DNA of 20,000 nt from contig JBNGIO010006064.1 of NCBI GenBank assembly GCA_049999805.1, positions 56,359-76,358 of the forward strand. Reading direction: 5' to 3'. Origin of the DNA: Folioceros fuciformis. Its lineage: Eukaryota. Below, one piece after another: positions 1-10,490 of this stretch. The position numbers and the translations under genes were made by a program. The notes under the pieces are model-generated. The model did not search any database, was not told the DNA's origin, and worked only from the letters and a program-made list of their open reading frames with translations. Numbering within the stretch: position 1 is the first letter of the stretch; every line of letters starts with the position of its first letter.

Positions 1-2262
1 GGAATCCTATCTCCTGCACACATGTGGTATCATCGTTAAACAAAGTCGGACTCCCAAGGAACCAGATTAGGATCGAGAGCATCAACACACACTTTCTACC
101 AACCACTCCAGAAACATGATGCACAAAGAGCAAGCCTTAGGAAGCAGAGTCAGAACTTTACATCATGCATGTTCATTCCATGGTGCTTGGCTCGCTCCTG
201 AATGAAAGGCCAGTCAAAAAAGTCACCATTGTATGATACATAAATGCCAGGTTTCACATCTAGCATGTGGCTGAACCAACGTCGGAGAAGCTCCCTCTGG
301 TACACAGACAACAAAAGGATGAGAGCTCTGACAACTTTCCCACCAAGCAATCCGTGACAGACAGAGACGGTAAATACCTCATCTGACACGTTTGTCACTT
401 TGAACAGTCCCTCGTATTCATGCTTCGGGCTATACTCAATGTCTTCTATTTCCTCACCCACACACTGAACAAAGGGACAGGAAGCATCAAGGTATCGCGA
501 TTGTATTACATCAGTAGGATCTTGATTCTCAACAGTCGATCAATTCCAGAACCGAACATGACAACGCTGTTATGAAGATAATAAGGACAGGGGCTTAGAG
601 CGAGAAGATTGTGTACCTCACGGTTGACAATAAGGAACCCCTCACCATCTATCATGTATGAGATCATCATAATCATGTCGTATGATGCATCAGGGAACTT
701 TAAAGGAAGCTTGGTTGTCTCGATATCAAATGCACAGACTCGAACCTCTGCTCGCTGGAGCAAATCAGTCCTTCTTTCCAGTGTAACGCTCGAAGCCTCT
801 ACACTGACCTTGTACCACTGTCCACATCTGACATCTACAAATTCCTCCCAGGGTTTCCGGATCAGCAACAGAATTAAATTGCGTGTGGTCCACTGTGTGC
901 CAGCTATGGAAAAAGCTCAAGTTTGCTGCCCTTAGTGCCATGAAAAGACGCTTTGCAGGAAATCTCCGCAGAACTTACCATTATCTATGGCAAAACGGAT
1001 ATGATATGGAACATCGTACTCCCGCAATTCCATGAGCAAGTCAGCATAATCCTGCACTCTTGTTTCCCTCGATGCCTTCCCACTGCCAGTCGGGAAGGTC
1101 AGGATAAGCCAGCTCTCCTGTTTAGTGACAGAGCGGTTTGGTAAACATGACGTGACCAAGATGGCTATCGCTCACCTTAAGTCATGAAGGAGGGATTCAT
1201 AAACCCCTGGCTTGGCCTGGTTTCGACTGACGACCGGTAGCAGGTCACTTTTCACCGCCATTAAGTCTTGGACAGTGTAGAAACTCAATTTCAAGTATAT
1301 TTTGTGGAGACCAGACAGATGATTTTTCTGCAGCCGAGACGTATGTCAGAGAGCAAAGGTCATAGATTGAAATTGCGGACCCCCTGTAACCCCTTGGACA
1401 GATTCTACTGACAAAAGGAGCTCCAACAGACCATGGAATACCAAGAAGAGAGGTATCCAATATGCTGTCAATAAGAATGCTGGTGATCCTCACCACCTCC
1501 AGGTCCTCCTTCTGAACCAATTCCAGAGTTGCAAGCTGTTCCCCATATCGCCGCCGCAAATATGCTTCAACTTCTCTTTCCTTACCCGCCTGCGAGCCGG
1601 AAAGTGACATGCATATCACGATTCCACTCCTGCCCACGGATTCTCACAGAGGAGCCAGGAAAAATTGCAAGATGGTTGAGACAGTCGGCATCTCCCACCT
1701 TCGTGCCGACGTAAAAGTAGGGACAGAATTTGACTTGGGACTTGAAGGTTGAGCCGTCCTACATTGCCAAGAGAACAGTTGATTGACATACCGTACCACC
1801 CAACGGTGACAAACGCTGGATAAGACCCCAGACTGACAATGTGATCAAACCTGGCACATAAAATAGAGGTTGACACAACTGCGAGTATGATTCTCGTTGT
1901 TCCGATCTTCCAGCGACGACTGCAGAGGGACAAGAGCGAGAATGTGAGGGATTGGCAAGAGCAGAAGGAGGGAAATTCGAGCATCCAGTAGCACCCACCG
2001 TGCTCATGTTGAGCAGCCATCCGAGGCGAGGCTCCCCCTCTGCGAAAATGGCGTACCCAAACTTGGCCTCCAACTCGTCTGCAGAGGTGTTCCATACTCT
2101 GGACCTGCCCACTCGCCGCACCTGCTCATTTCCAGCTTTGGATGGCTTCTCGTCGGGATCGTGTGTCTTTGCAGATCCGCGTCCCGCTCTTCCCCCTCCG
2201 CCTCTCGGCCTAGAGCCCCGGCGGAAGCCCCCAAAGTTGGGCCTGTTCCCGCGGCCTGCCAT
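1..2262 (-). CDS. POL2A: DNA polymerase epsilon catalytic subunit A, N-terminal part (gene continues off the left edge)
   Basis: Hand-spliced GT-AG exons keep frame: 2262-1999, 1919-1851, 1758-1699, 1589-1494, 1327-1176, 1082-979, 834-617, 464-378, 296-162, 13-<1. Translation gives Pol epsilon hallmarks: ELEAKFGY...[29 protein letters not shown], ExoI motif [37 protein letters not shown], ExoII motif [10 protein letters not shown]. Confidence 0.96.
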
Positions 2263-2365
2263 AGCCGGATCCTCCGGCTGCGCGAGAAGACGGCCTAGCC
2301 TGGCCCGGCTTTGGACTGTCACAAATTCACAGTGACCGGTTCCGGTGCTGAGTTGATGAGAAAGC

Positions 2366-2373
2366 GCGGGAAA
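2366..2373 (-). promoter_or_regulatory. E2F/DP binding site (TTTCCCGC)
   Basis: GCGGGAAA on + reads TTTCCCGC on -, the canonical E2F element, about 100 nt upstream of the Pol epsilon ATG. Replication genes are established E2F targets. Confidence 0.7.
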
Positions 2374-2445
2374 GCAACGAACGACTCTGAGGTGAAGTCG
2401 AGTTAAGCTAACCCTCGGGCTGGTCAGCCTGACCAGGATGGCGGC

Positions 2446-2453
2446 ATTCCCGC
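2446..2453 (+). promoter_or_regulatory. Second E2F-like site (ATTCCCGC)
   Basis: Matches the plant E2F consensus WTTSSCSS and lies in the same 293-bp divergent intergenic region. Confidence 0.45.
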
Positions 2454-2555
2454 TGAGGGGACGATGCAAGGGGAAGGGAGTATTCAACGTCATCTCCATC
2501 GCCATTGCGATCTCTACAGTCACAGCCATAGCCAGAAACAGCTATTACAGAGACC

Positions 2556-3578
2556 ATGAGTGCAGCCTGCTGCTGGCGTCCGACGGCTTGTCGAGTGACC
2601 TCCCCTTCCTCCACCTCCTGCTGTGTCACAGCTACGGCGCAGAGGCCGCAACGCAGCAACATTAGAGTAGTGGTGAACGGGGCCGGGAATGGCGTGGGCA
2701 AGGCCGCCATAGCTGCCATCTCCAAAGCTCGGGGAATGGAAGTTGTTGGAGCTGTGGACAGCCGGGGAGTGGGGGAAGACGCAGGCACATTCGCAGGCAT
2801 GGAGCAGGAACTGGAGATCCCCATCCTGAACGACCTGGTGATGGTGCTCGGCTCCACAGCGCAGGCCCAGGCTAAGGGCAAAGGAGTGATGGTGGACGTG
2901 TCGTCCGATCCCTCCGGCGTCTACGAAAACGTGAGGCAGGCCACCGCGTTCGGGTTATGCAGCGTGGTGGCAGTCCCGGGCCTGGATCTGGATGTGGTGG
3001 CTGCTCTCTCAACTTTCTGCGACAAGGCGACCACAGGTCAGCTGTGCGTGCCAGCCTCGCTCACCAGCCACAGCCGAGACCTCCTTAGCAGCATTGTCGG
3101 CTGACGAAGAGTTACGTTGCGTTGCATCGCTTGCCACGCATGTATGCCAGGCTGCATCGTAGCTCCGACGCTGTCTATCGGACTTCTGTTGCTCCAGCAG
3201 GCTGCTGCATCCGCCGCCTTCAGGTACAAGCATGTGGAGATGATCGAGTCTGCAAACGAGCCGGCTCCATTTCCTTCTTCCCTGGCGACGCAGGTGGCCG
3301 AGAGCCTGTCCGGTCTGGGACAGATTTACAATGACGCAAGTGCGGGTGCGGATACTCCCGCCCGAGGCGCGGCAGTCGGAGACGGTGTACGGGTGCACAG
3401 CCTGGTTATGCCCGGCGTCCTCTCCAGCTTAGACGTGAGATTCTCCGGCCCTGGAGAAATGTTGTCCATCCGACACGATGTCACCGATGTGCAAGCCTTC
3501 ATGCCTGGCCTTGTGCTGGCCATCCGCAAGGTGGTGCAGCTCAAGTCTCTGGTGTATGGCTTGGACAAGATCATGTGA
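2556..3578 (+). CDS. CRR1: Dihydrodipicolinate reductase-like protein CRR1, chloroplastic (NDH complex assembly/accumulation factor), about 302 aa
   Basis: Exons 2556-3036 and 3151-3578 (intron G|GTCAG...CCAG|GC). Ser/Thr-rich transit-peptide-like N-terminus, then NIRVVVNGA..GKAAIAAISKARGME, LEIPILNDLVMVLGS, VYENVRQATAFG, CDKATTGCIVAPTLSIG, GVRVHSLVMPG, MPGLVLAIRKVVQLKSLVYGLDK, recognisable as CRR1. The DapB catalytic ExHHxxKxDAPSGTA motif is absent. Confidence 0.92.
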
Positions 3579-4779
3579 ACCTTCCCTTTCCGTTCCTCCG
3601 TTCGTCCTTGTTTCACGCATATCCTGGAGCAGAGGTATATTTTCTCACACAGCTGAACCTGGCTTGCATTCTTCCGTCCTTCCTGCCTTCCTTGTTTCAT
3701 CTCGCCCTCAAGCAAGCAGTTCTCTGTCTCATGATTCCGCAGGTTAGTCACTCAGGCGCCACGGTGGCTTCCTTCCTGCGTTTGTGCTTCATCCTCTTCC
3801 TCGAGCAAGCAGTGTCTTTGTCTGATGGATCAATGTATTATTTTACTCCGTGGAGATTGGACAACAATTTTGTGAACTTGCTTTCGCCTCCTTTGGTTTG
3901 GTTTGGTTTGCTGCACTCTCGTTTCCAAGGAGGTTTTTCCTCTGTGTCGTTGTGTGTGTTGTGTGACTTCGGCCCTACGGCGTGGACAAAGATGTCAAAC
4001 TCTTGGCCTCCCATTCTCGCTTGCCTGCTTTCTGGGTTGAATTTTATTCCCCTTATCTTCAGTAAGCAGCAGGATAGCTTGTGTGGTTCAATCTTATTCC
4101 AGTCAACATCACTGAGCTGAGAGGATAATTCCTGTCAATTTAGCCTGTCATACGGTTTAAGGTGGACTGGCAGTTTACTCTAACTTTTTTGGGTCGCAAA
4201 GCTCGTGGAACTGGGAGGGCCTCCTGTGATGCACCTTGTCGTAGACCTTGTAAACATCAAGAAAACTTGTCCGCGTCACCCTTCCTGGACTTTCGTCGTG
4301 GTTGCTCTAGTAGGCTCTTTTGCATTTAGGGTAGAAGGTTCCGACTTCGGGTACACCTGGCTTCTGCGCATCGAGGGTAAGAGGTTCCCAGTGCGCACCC
4401 ACCCGGCCCTCGTCTGTTTAGGGTGAAAAGTCATCCGGGTTTGGGTTCACCCAGCCTTATTTAGACATGAACGTGTGTGCCGGTGAGACGCGTGGACTAT
4501 ATTTTTTACTCACTGGTTCGGTTGTCTTGCTTTTGCTTCTCTTATTCTGCCCCATGTTGTGCGCCATGGGAGCGTGGTGTGTCGGGGTCGGGGTGAGCAG
4601 GGGGCTGAGGGACAGGACAAGGAACATGGTGTAGAGGAGGCAGAGCCAGGACCAGGGTTTAGCGCTACAGAAGAAGAAGCACGAGACCAGGAGGAGGAGA
4701 CAGAGGAAGAGCAGGAAGAAAGGAGGAGGAGTAAGGGGAAGAGGAAAGGAAAAGCAGGAAAAAGGGCAGGGCAGGAGCC

Positions 4780-7700
4780 ATGGCAGCAGCCAGCATCACC
4801 ATCAACGTGATGCTGGCTATCCACGCGAAGCGCACCACGAGTGTAGACATGTACAAGCCGCTGCGGCAGTACATCGTGGCGCACTACTCGGAGCGGGAGG
4901 CGCAGGATCTGGAGGAGGATCTGCAGCTGGTGCAGCAGATGCGCAGCGAGGTGGACAAGGCAGGGGACACGCTGGAAGCGAGGAGGGATCTGCTGCAACG
5001 CTACTTCCGTGCGCTCACGGTGATGGAGTCTCGCTTCCCCATCTCCACCGAGAGGGAGCACGTGAACACGCTCGTCTTCACCTGGTACGACGCCTTCAAG
5101 CAGGGGAGGAAGGCTTCTCAGCACAACATACACTTTGAGAAGGCCGCCATCGCCTTCAACCTGGGTGCGGTGCATTCGCAGCTGGCACTGTCCGCCGACA
5201 GGACCTCGGCGGCCGGGCTGAAGCAGGCCTGCAATGCCTTCATGTCGGCGGCGGGAGCCTTCGCCTTCCTGCGGGATCACGTGTCCATGAAGGCGTCGGG
5301 CCCGGCGTCGACGCTGGACATCACCGTCGAGTGCGCGGGGATGCTGGAGCGCCTCATGCTGGCGCAGGCGCAGGAGTGCTTCTTCGAGAAGGTGCTGGCG
5401 GACAGCAAGCCGGCCTCGCTCTGCTCCAAGGTGGCCAAGCATGTGGGGCTGTACTACGAGGAGGCGTACGCGGCGCTGGTGCTGCCGCCCTTGAACCAGC
5501 ATTTCGACAGGACCTGGGTGGCTCATGTGCAGCTCAAGGCGGCGCAGTTCCAGGCCGAGGCCTGCTACCGCGCGGCTCTGGATCTGCACGAGAAGGAGGA
5601 GATAGCGGAGGAGATTGCTAGGCTCAGGGTCGCTAGCGGGTTGCTGGCGGAGGCACGGAAAGCGGCCAAGGGGGTTGTGAATCCGCTGCTGGATGCCGTG
5701 GCTAAGCTCGAGGGGAATGTGAATCGGAAGCTGGAGGTGGCCGTGAAGGAGAACGACAGGGTTTACCTGCAGCGGGTGCCTAATCCCGATTCGCTTCCGC
5801 CACTGCCTGCGGCGTCTCTGGTGAAATCCGCGTCCTTGGTCGATGTTCTTGATGCCAGTAAGGAGAGGATGTTTGCCAGCTTGGTGCCGGATAGCAGCGC
5901 CAAGGCCTTGTCCAAGTACACGGAGATGGTGGATGATATCATCAGGGCGCAGGCTGAGAAGCTGCAGCAGGAGAGCGATATCACTAGGGTGAAGCTGAGG
6001 GAGATGGATTTACCCGACTCGCTTCTTGCCCTAGAGGGCAGTGCGAGCCTGCCGGAGCAACTGAGGGAAGACGTGGAGGCCGTGCAAATTGATGGTTGCC
6101 CGGCGGGGTTGGAGACGGAGCTGAAGCAGTTGAAGGATCTGAGGCGGGTGAATGAAGAGCTCCTGGCTCAGACCGAGGAGCTCTTGGAGAAGGAGGCGAG
6201 AGAGGACGCTCAGATCCGGGCGCAGTTCGGTACTCGTTGGAACAGACCGCAGTCCAGCATTCTGACGAAGAATTTGCGCGATCGTGCCAACGGCTTCGCT
6301 GGTAACCTGAAGCAGGCGGGGGACAGCGACGCCAAGATTGAGCGCAGCGTTAGGGACCATTATCCTGTCATGGGAATCCTGGATACTAGGCCGGTAACTC
6401 CTTGTCCTGTCGTCTCACTCGGCCACTTGCACTTGCTCAGGAGGTCTCCAAAGTGTTGGAATGAAGTGTTCTGAATGGTTGGTTGGGTCTCCTTGATGTG
6501 CAGATCGAGGCAGCTTTACCCAGCTTGGGCAGACCAATCATGTCCCTCAACAGCGACGAGGACTCTATAGTTGGTACTTTGCGTCAGCAACTGGTATGCA
6601 ACTACTTCTTCTCTGCCTGAGCTGGGTCCACTTTCCTTCACCTTTTTCTCCCCTATATCTCGGCTGTTTCTCTTCTCCAGGGAGAACTGGAGATGCTTGG
6701 TTCCCAGCGAGCAGGGATCGAGGACATGCTAAAGGAGATGAAAAGAAAGGTCGGTACCAGCCCGTTTTGCCCTCGCCGTTGACGATCATGTAGTTTGGTT
6801 GCCTGCTCGCTACGGGTACAGTGAAGCTGACCAAGTTCTTGCCATTTCTGCAGGACAACATTCTTCCGAAGCTCATGACAACCTCTGGCTCGTACGAGGA
6901 TCTGTTTAAGAAGGAACTGGCCAAGTACGACCCCATTTGTTTAGAAGTGAAGAGGAATGTGGAATCCCAGGACAGACTTCTTCAGCAGATTAAGGTGAGA
7001 GCAGGAGTTGTGTTTTAGGAGGTGCGCTTGGTCAGCTCGTCATTCTCTTCGCAATCTGACCGTGATAGTGCCCGAACAGAGCACAAATCATGTGTTCGCA
7101 TCGACTTTCAACTTGGATGACTATAACGGTAAGAAGCACCTTTTCTTGGCAGCCATCTCCCCTCCCCTCACCTATTACACGACTTGCATCGAGTTCTGAT
7201 GATGCATCCTCTGTGTTGCCTGCCTCGTTTATAGCTGCCAAAGATCGGGTGCTGAAGCAGATCACAGTTGCGGTTGCCAAGTATCGGGAGATCCGGGACA
7301 ACATCAATGAAGGCCTGAAATTCTACGTCGCTCTTCAAGTGAGTGTGCCTTCGCACTCATTAATGACCGAGACATTTCCAAGGCAGGCCAGCCATCATGA
7401 TTCGTTTTAATCGGCCGCGCGCGTTTTGTGCTGCAGGATGCCATCAACAAATTGAACCAACAGTGCAGTGACTTCGTAATGACACGCAGCATTCAGTCGC
7501 GGGAATTGATTGACGATCTGCAGCGACAAGTGGCTGGACTATCCTTGGGCAGCAGTGGTGGCAACGGCATCAAGAACCCGGATCCCAGGGACAGCAGCAG
7601 TGCGTACCCAGCTGTTGGACAGCCTCCTCAGAGACCAGCTCCAGGACTGCCATCTCAGCCCCCTCCCTACTTCCACCACCATCCCCAATCCTCTCCTCCG

Positions 7701-8027
7701 GATCAGTATCATCCTCCCGCTCCCTACCCACCTCATCAACAACAACAGCAGCCGCAAGGCCAGCAGCAGCAGCAGCAGGGCCAGCAGCCGGGCGGCCACA
7801 GTCCATATTACCCTCCTTCTTCCGTCCAGATCTCCCACCAAGGACCCCACCAAAGCCAGAACAACCCTCCTGCTCCTTACTACAACCCCCAGCAGCAACA
7901 CAGCCATAGCCAAGCTCCCTACTCAGGCTGGCAACCACCCTACCAAAATACCGCGCCCTATTTCTCCGGCCAGCCTCCTCCTTACCCGCCCCCATCAGGC
8001 CCGCAAGGTGGCTACTATAAGCAATAA
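4780..8027 (+). CDS. ALIX: ALIX/BRO1 ESCRT-III-associated protein (BRO1 domain, V domain, Pro-rich tail), about 885 aa
   Basis: Frame-preserving exons 4780-6393, 6504-6593, 6681-6749, 6854-6994, 7080-7128, 7235-7338, 7437-8027. BRO1 motifs FTWYDAF, FEKAAIAFNLGA, LMLAQAQECF, KENDRVYLQRVP; V-domain RAQFGTRWNRPQS and NINEGLKFYVALQD; C-terminal P/Q/Y-rich tail. Confidence 0.96.
7737..7787 (+). repeat. CAA/CAG trinucleotide tracts encoding poly-Gln in the ALIX Pro-rich tail
   Basis: caacaacaacagcag ccgcaaggc (cag)6 ggc cagcag = QQQQQPQGQQQQQQGQQ. Confidence 0.85.
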
Positions 8028-8352
8028 TTGTTGTGTCTGTAGATACGTACATTCTGACTGGTGTACGGACCATTTGTTGGAAGTGAAAGAATCGGTCTCT
8101 TGGGCCACAAATAATGCACCAGCGACGTGCACCTTTCTTTGTCTCCCTTCCTACCCCTTTCTCTCTCCCCCGACTCTCCTACGCCAAGCATTCCACACAT
8201 TTAAACCATTGGAGCGACGTGAAGAGGAGATTCCCTACGGTTGCGCTTGCGCTATCATCGAGCCTGCGGCAGCCATATTGTCTGCTGCGTCCGGACCTAA
8301 GCTCGAATTGCGAATCGTGAAGCAGGGAATCGCAGGTTGAGAGGACAGCGAT

Positions 8353-10374
8353 ATGGCAGCGGTAGCCAGAGCCGCGGGCAAGTGCTGCTGTTCATCCTCC
8401 TCCAGCCCCGCTTCTCGGCTGCAGGTTCCGCACAATCCTACGGCTCAGCTGCACCTGCGGTCGCCGTGGCTGGGCCTGTCTTGCGGAAGAATTTCGCGGC
8501 AAGAGCGGAATCAGCAGCAACATCAGCAGTATCGGATGCTTTTGCCTGTGTCAGCAAGCTCCGCTCAGATTCTCGACTCACCGGCCCCGTCATCGCAGCA
8601 GGAGGACCTACAAATTGTGAACGTCGATCTCGGAGACCGCAGCTATCCTATATACATCGGGGCAGGGTTGTTGGATCAGCCACACCTGCTGCAGAGGTGG
8701 AAGCTGCAGCAAGCTTGGAAGTTTTCTGGCTTGCATCCTCGCTTTGCTTTTGTGTCACTTTTCTAATTCCTTTGTTTGCGGCAGGCACATTAAAGGCAAG
8801 AATGTGTTGATCGTTACCAACACCACGGTTGCCCCCTTGTACGTGGACAAGGTGGTTGCTGCCCTCAAGAGTGGCGGCTTTGACGTCAATGTGGAGACTG
8901 TGGTGTTGCCGGATGGCGAGCAATACAAGGACCTGGTTCGTGCTTTGACCTACTCTGAGTGGCTCATTCAATCCTTTCCTCCATTCGCGTGGCCTATTGC
9001 CTAACTACAAGGGTGGGGTGCAGGAGAACCTCATGAAAGTTTATGACAAGGCAATTGAGACCAGAATGGATCGGAAGTGCACCTTCGTTGCTCTGGGTGG
9101 AGGAGTGATTGGAGACATGTGTGGCTACGCAGCAGCGTCCTACGTTCGTGGTGTTAACTTCATCCAGATTCCGACTACCGTCATGGCCCAGGTTTCTGAC
9201 TCTTTCTCATCGCTCTGCTCTGCCATCATGTAAGGCTGCCTCCTCGCTCACTGTTGGTTTAATTGCTATTGCGGACGCAGGTGGATTCATCCGTGGGGGG
9301 GAAGACCGGTGTGAACCACCCAGGTGGCAAGAACATGATCGGTGCCTTCTACCAGCCCCAGTGCGTGCTGATAGACACCAAGACCCTGGACACCTTACCA
9401 ACCCGTGAGCTTGCATCTGGGATAGCCGAGATCATCAAGTACGGCCTCATCCGGGATGCAGCTTTCTTCAAGTGGCAGGAGGAGAACATGGAGGCCTTAC
9501 TCGCCCGGTATGTACCTTCAACTCTGTATACCATGCGAACAGCACCTGAAGGCAGTACTCCTTCCCGTGACAAGATACAATTGCTGGCTTCCCTTGCAGA
9601 GATCCGAGTGCTTGGGCTTACGCAATCAAGAGGTCGTGCGAGAACAAGGCCGACGTTGTGTCATTGGACGAGAGAGAGGGGGGCCTTCGCGCAACTCTCA
9701 ACCTCGGCCATACTTTCGGACATGTAATGGGAGCCCCACTCAAACCTTTGCTGCTACTTGCTTTGCGTGGTGTTGCAGCGTCAGAACTGAGCAACTCTCT
9801 CTCGCGTGAAATGCAGGCCATCGAGACCGGGCTAGGCTACGGAGAGTGGCTTCATGGGGAGGCTGTGGCAGCAGGCATGGTGGGCAACTTACTCCATTTC
9901 ACATTCCCTGCCTCCTTTCATCCTACTGTGGAGAGTGGAAGAAGAAAGAATCTTAGACTTGCACTGCCTTCCTGCATTCCAGGTCATGGCTGCCAACATG
10001 TCGTACCGGCTGGGGTGGATAGAAGAGTCGCTGCTGAAGCGGGCCGTGAATGTCATCGAGCGAGCCCAGCTTCCCACAGCACCCCCGAAAGGCCTTACCG
10101 TCCAGACGTTCAAAACCATCATGGCGGTAAGCTTACGAAGCGCCAGCGCTCTTCTTGCCGGCCAGCTCGGCCATGGAAACGCAACCCCTTTCCCATTCCT
10201 GATTCGTGTGTAATAACCGTGAGAGTGTAGGTGGACAAGAAGGTGGAGAACGGGCTGCTGAAGCTCATTCTCCTCAAGGGAGACTTGGGAGGCTGTGTGG
10301 TGACTGGCGACTTCGATCCCGCGGCTCTAGACCAGACCTTGTCCGATTTCTGTCCTATAAAAGACTCAAGTTAG
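8353..10374 (+). CDS. DHQS: 3-dehydroquinate synthase, chloroplastic (shikimate pathway, AroB family), about 454 aa
   Basis: Exons 8353-8696, 8785-8935, 9024-9191, 9281-9507, 9600-9723, 9817-9879, 9983-10126, 10231-10374 keep frame. Transit-peptide-like start, then [88 protein letters not shown]. Confidence 0.97.
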
Positions 10375-10490
10375 CTGAGTTCCAAAATCATTTATCCACA
10401 CCTTCAACCCTAATAGGGCACTGGACGTGATCGCACCAGTTCCCGCACTTACCCCGTTTCTGTGCTCGTCGATTCCAAGTCGAGTCAGCC

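Noticed and set aside
1759..2529. 256-aa minus-strand ORF suggesting an 89-aa longer Pol epsilon N-terminus
   Set aside because: The upstream part runs through the divergent promoter (E2F sites) almost to the CRR1 start and has no recognisable similarity; ATG 2262 is the more plausible start.
3575..4120. 181-aa hydrophobic ORF directly after CRR1
   Set aside because: T/C-rich 3'UTR-like composition yields Leu/Phe/Ser-rich pseudo-ORFs; no ATG start and no recognisable motif.
4320..4450. TTTAGGG motifs resembling telomere repeats or telo-boxes
   Set aside because: Isolated single copies, none matching the full TAGGGTTT telo-box; no array.
4510..5589. 359-aa antisense ORF over ALIX
   Set aside because: Shadow frame produced by high GC3 codon usage of the sense gene.
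7510..8340. 276-aa alternative-frame ORF overlapping the ALIX last exon
   Set aside because: By-product of the low-complexity Pro/Gln-coding sequence; no ATG start.
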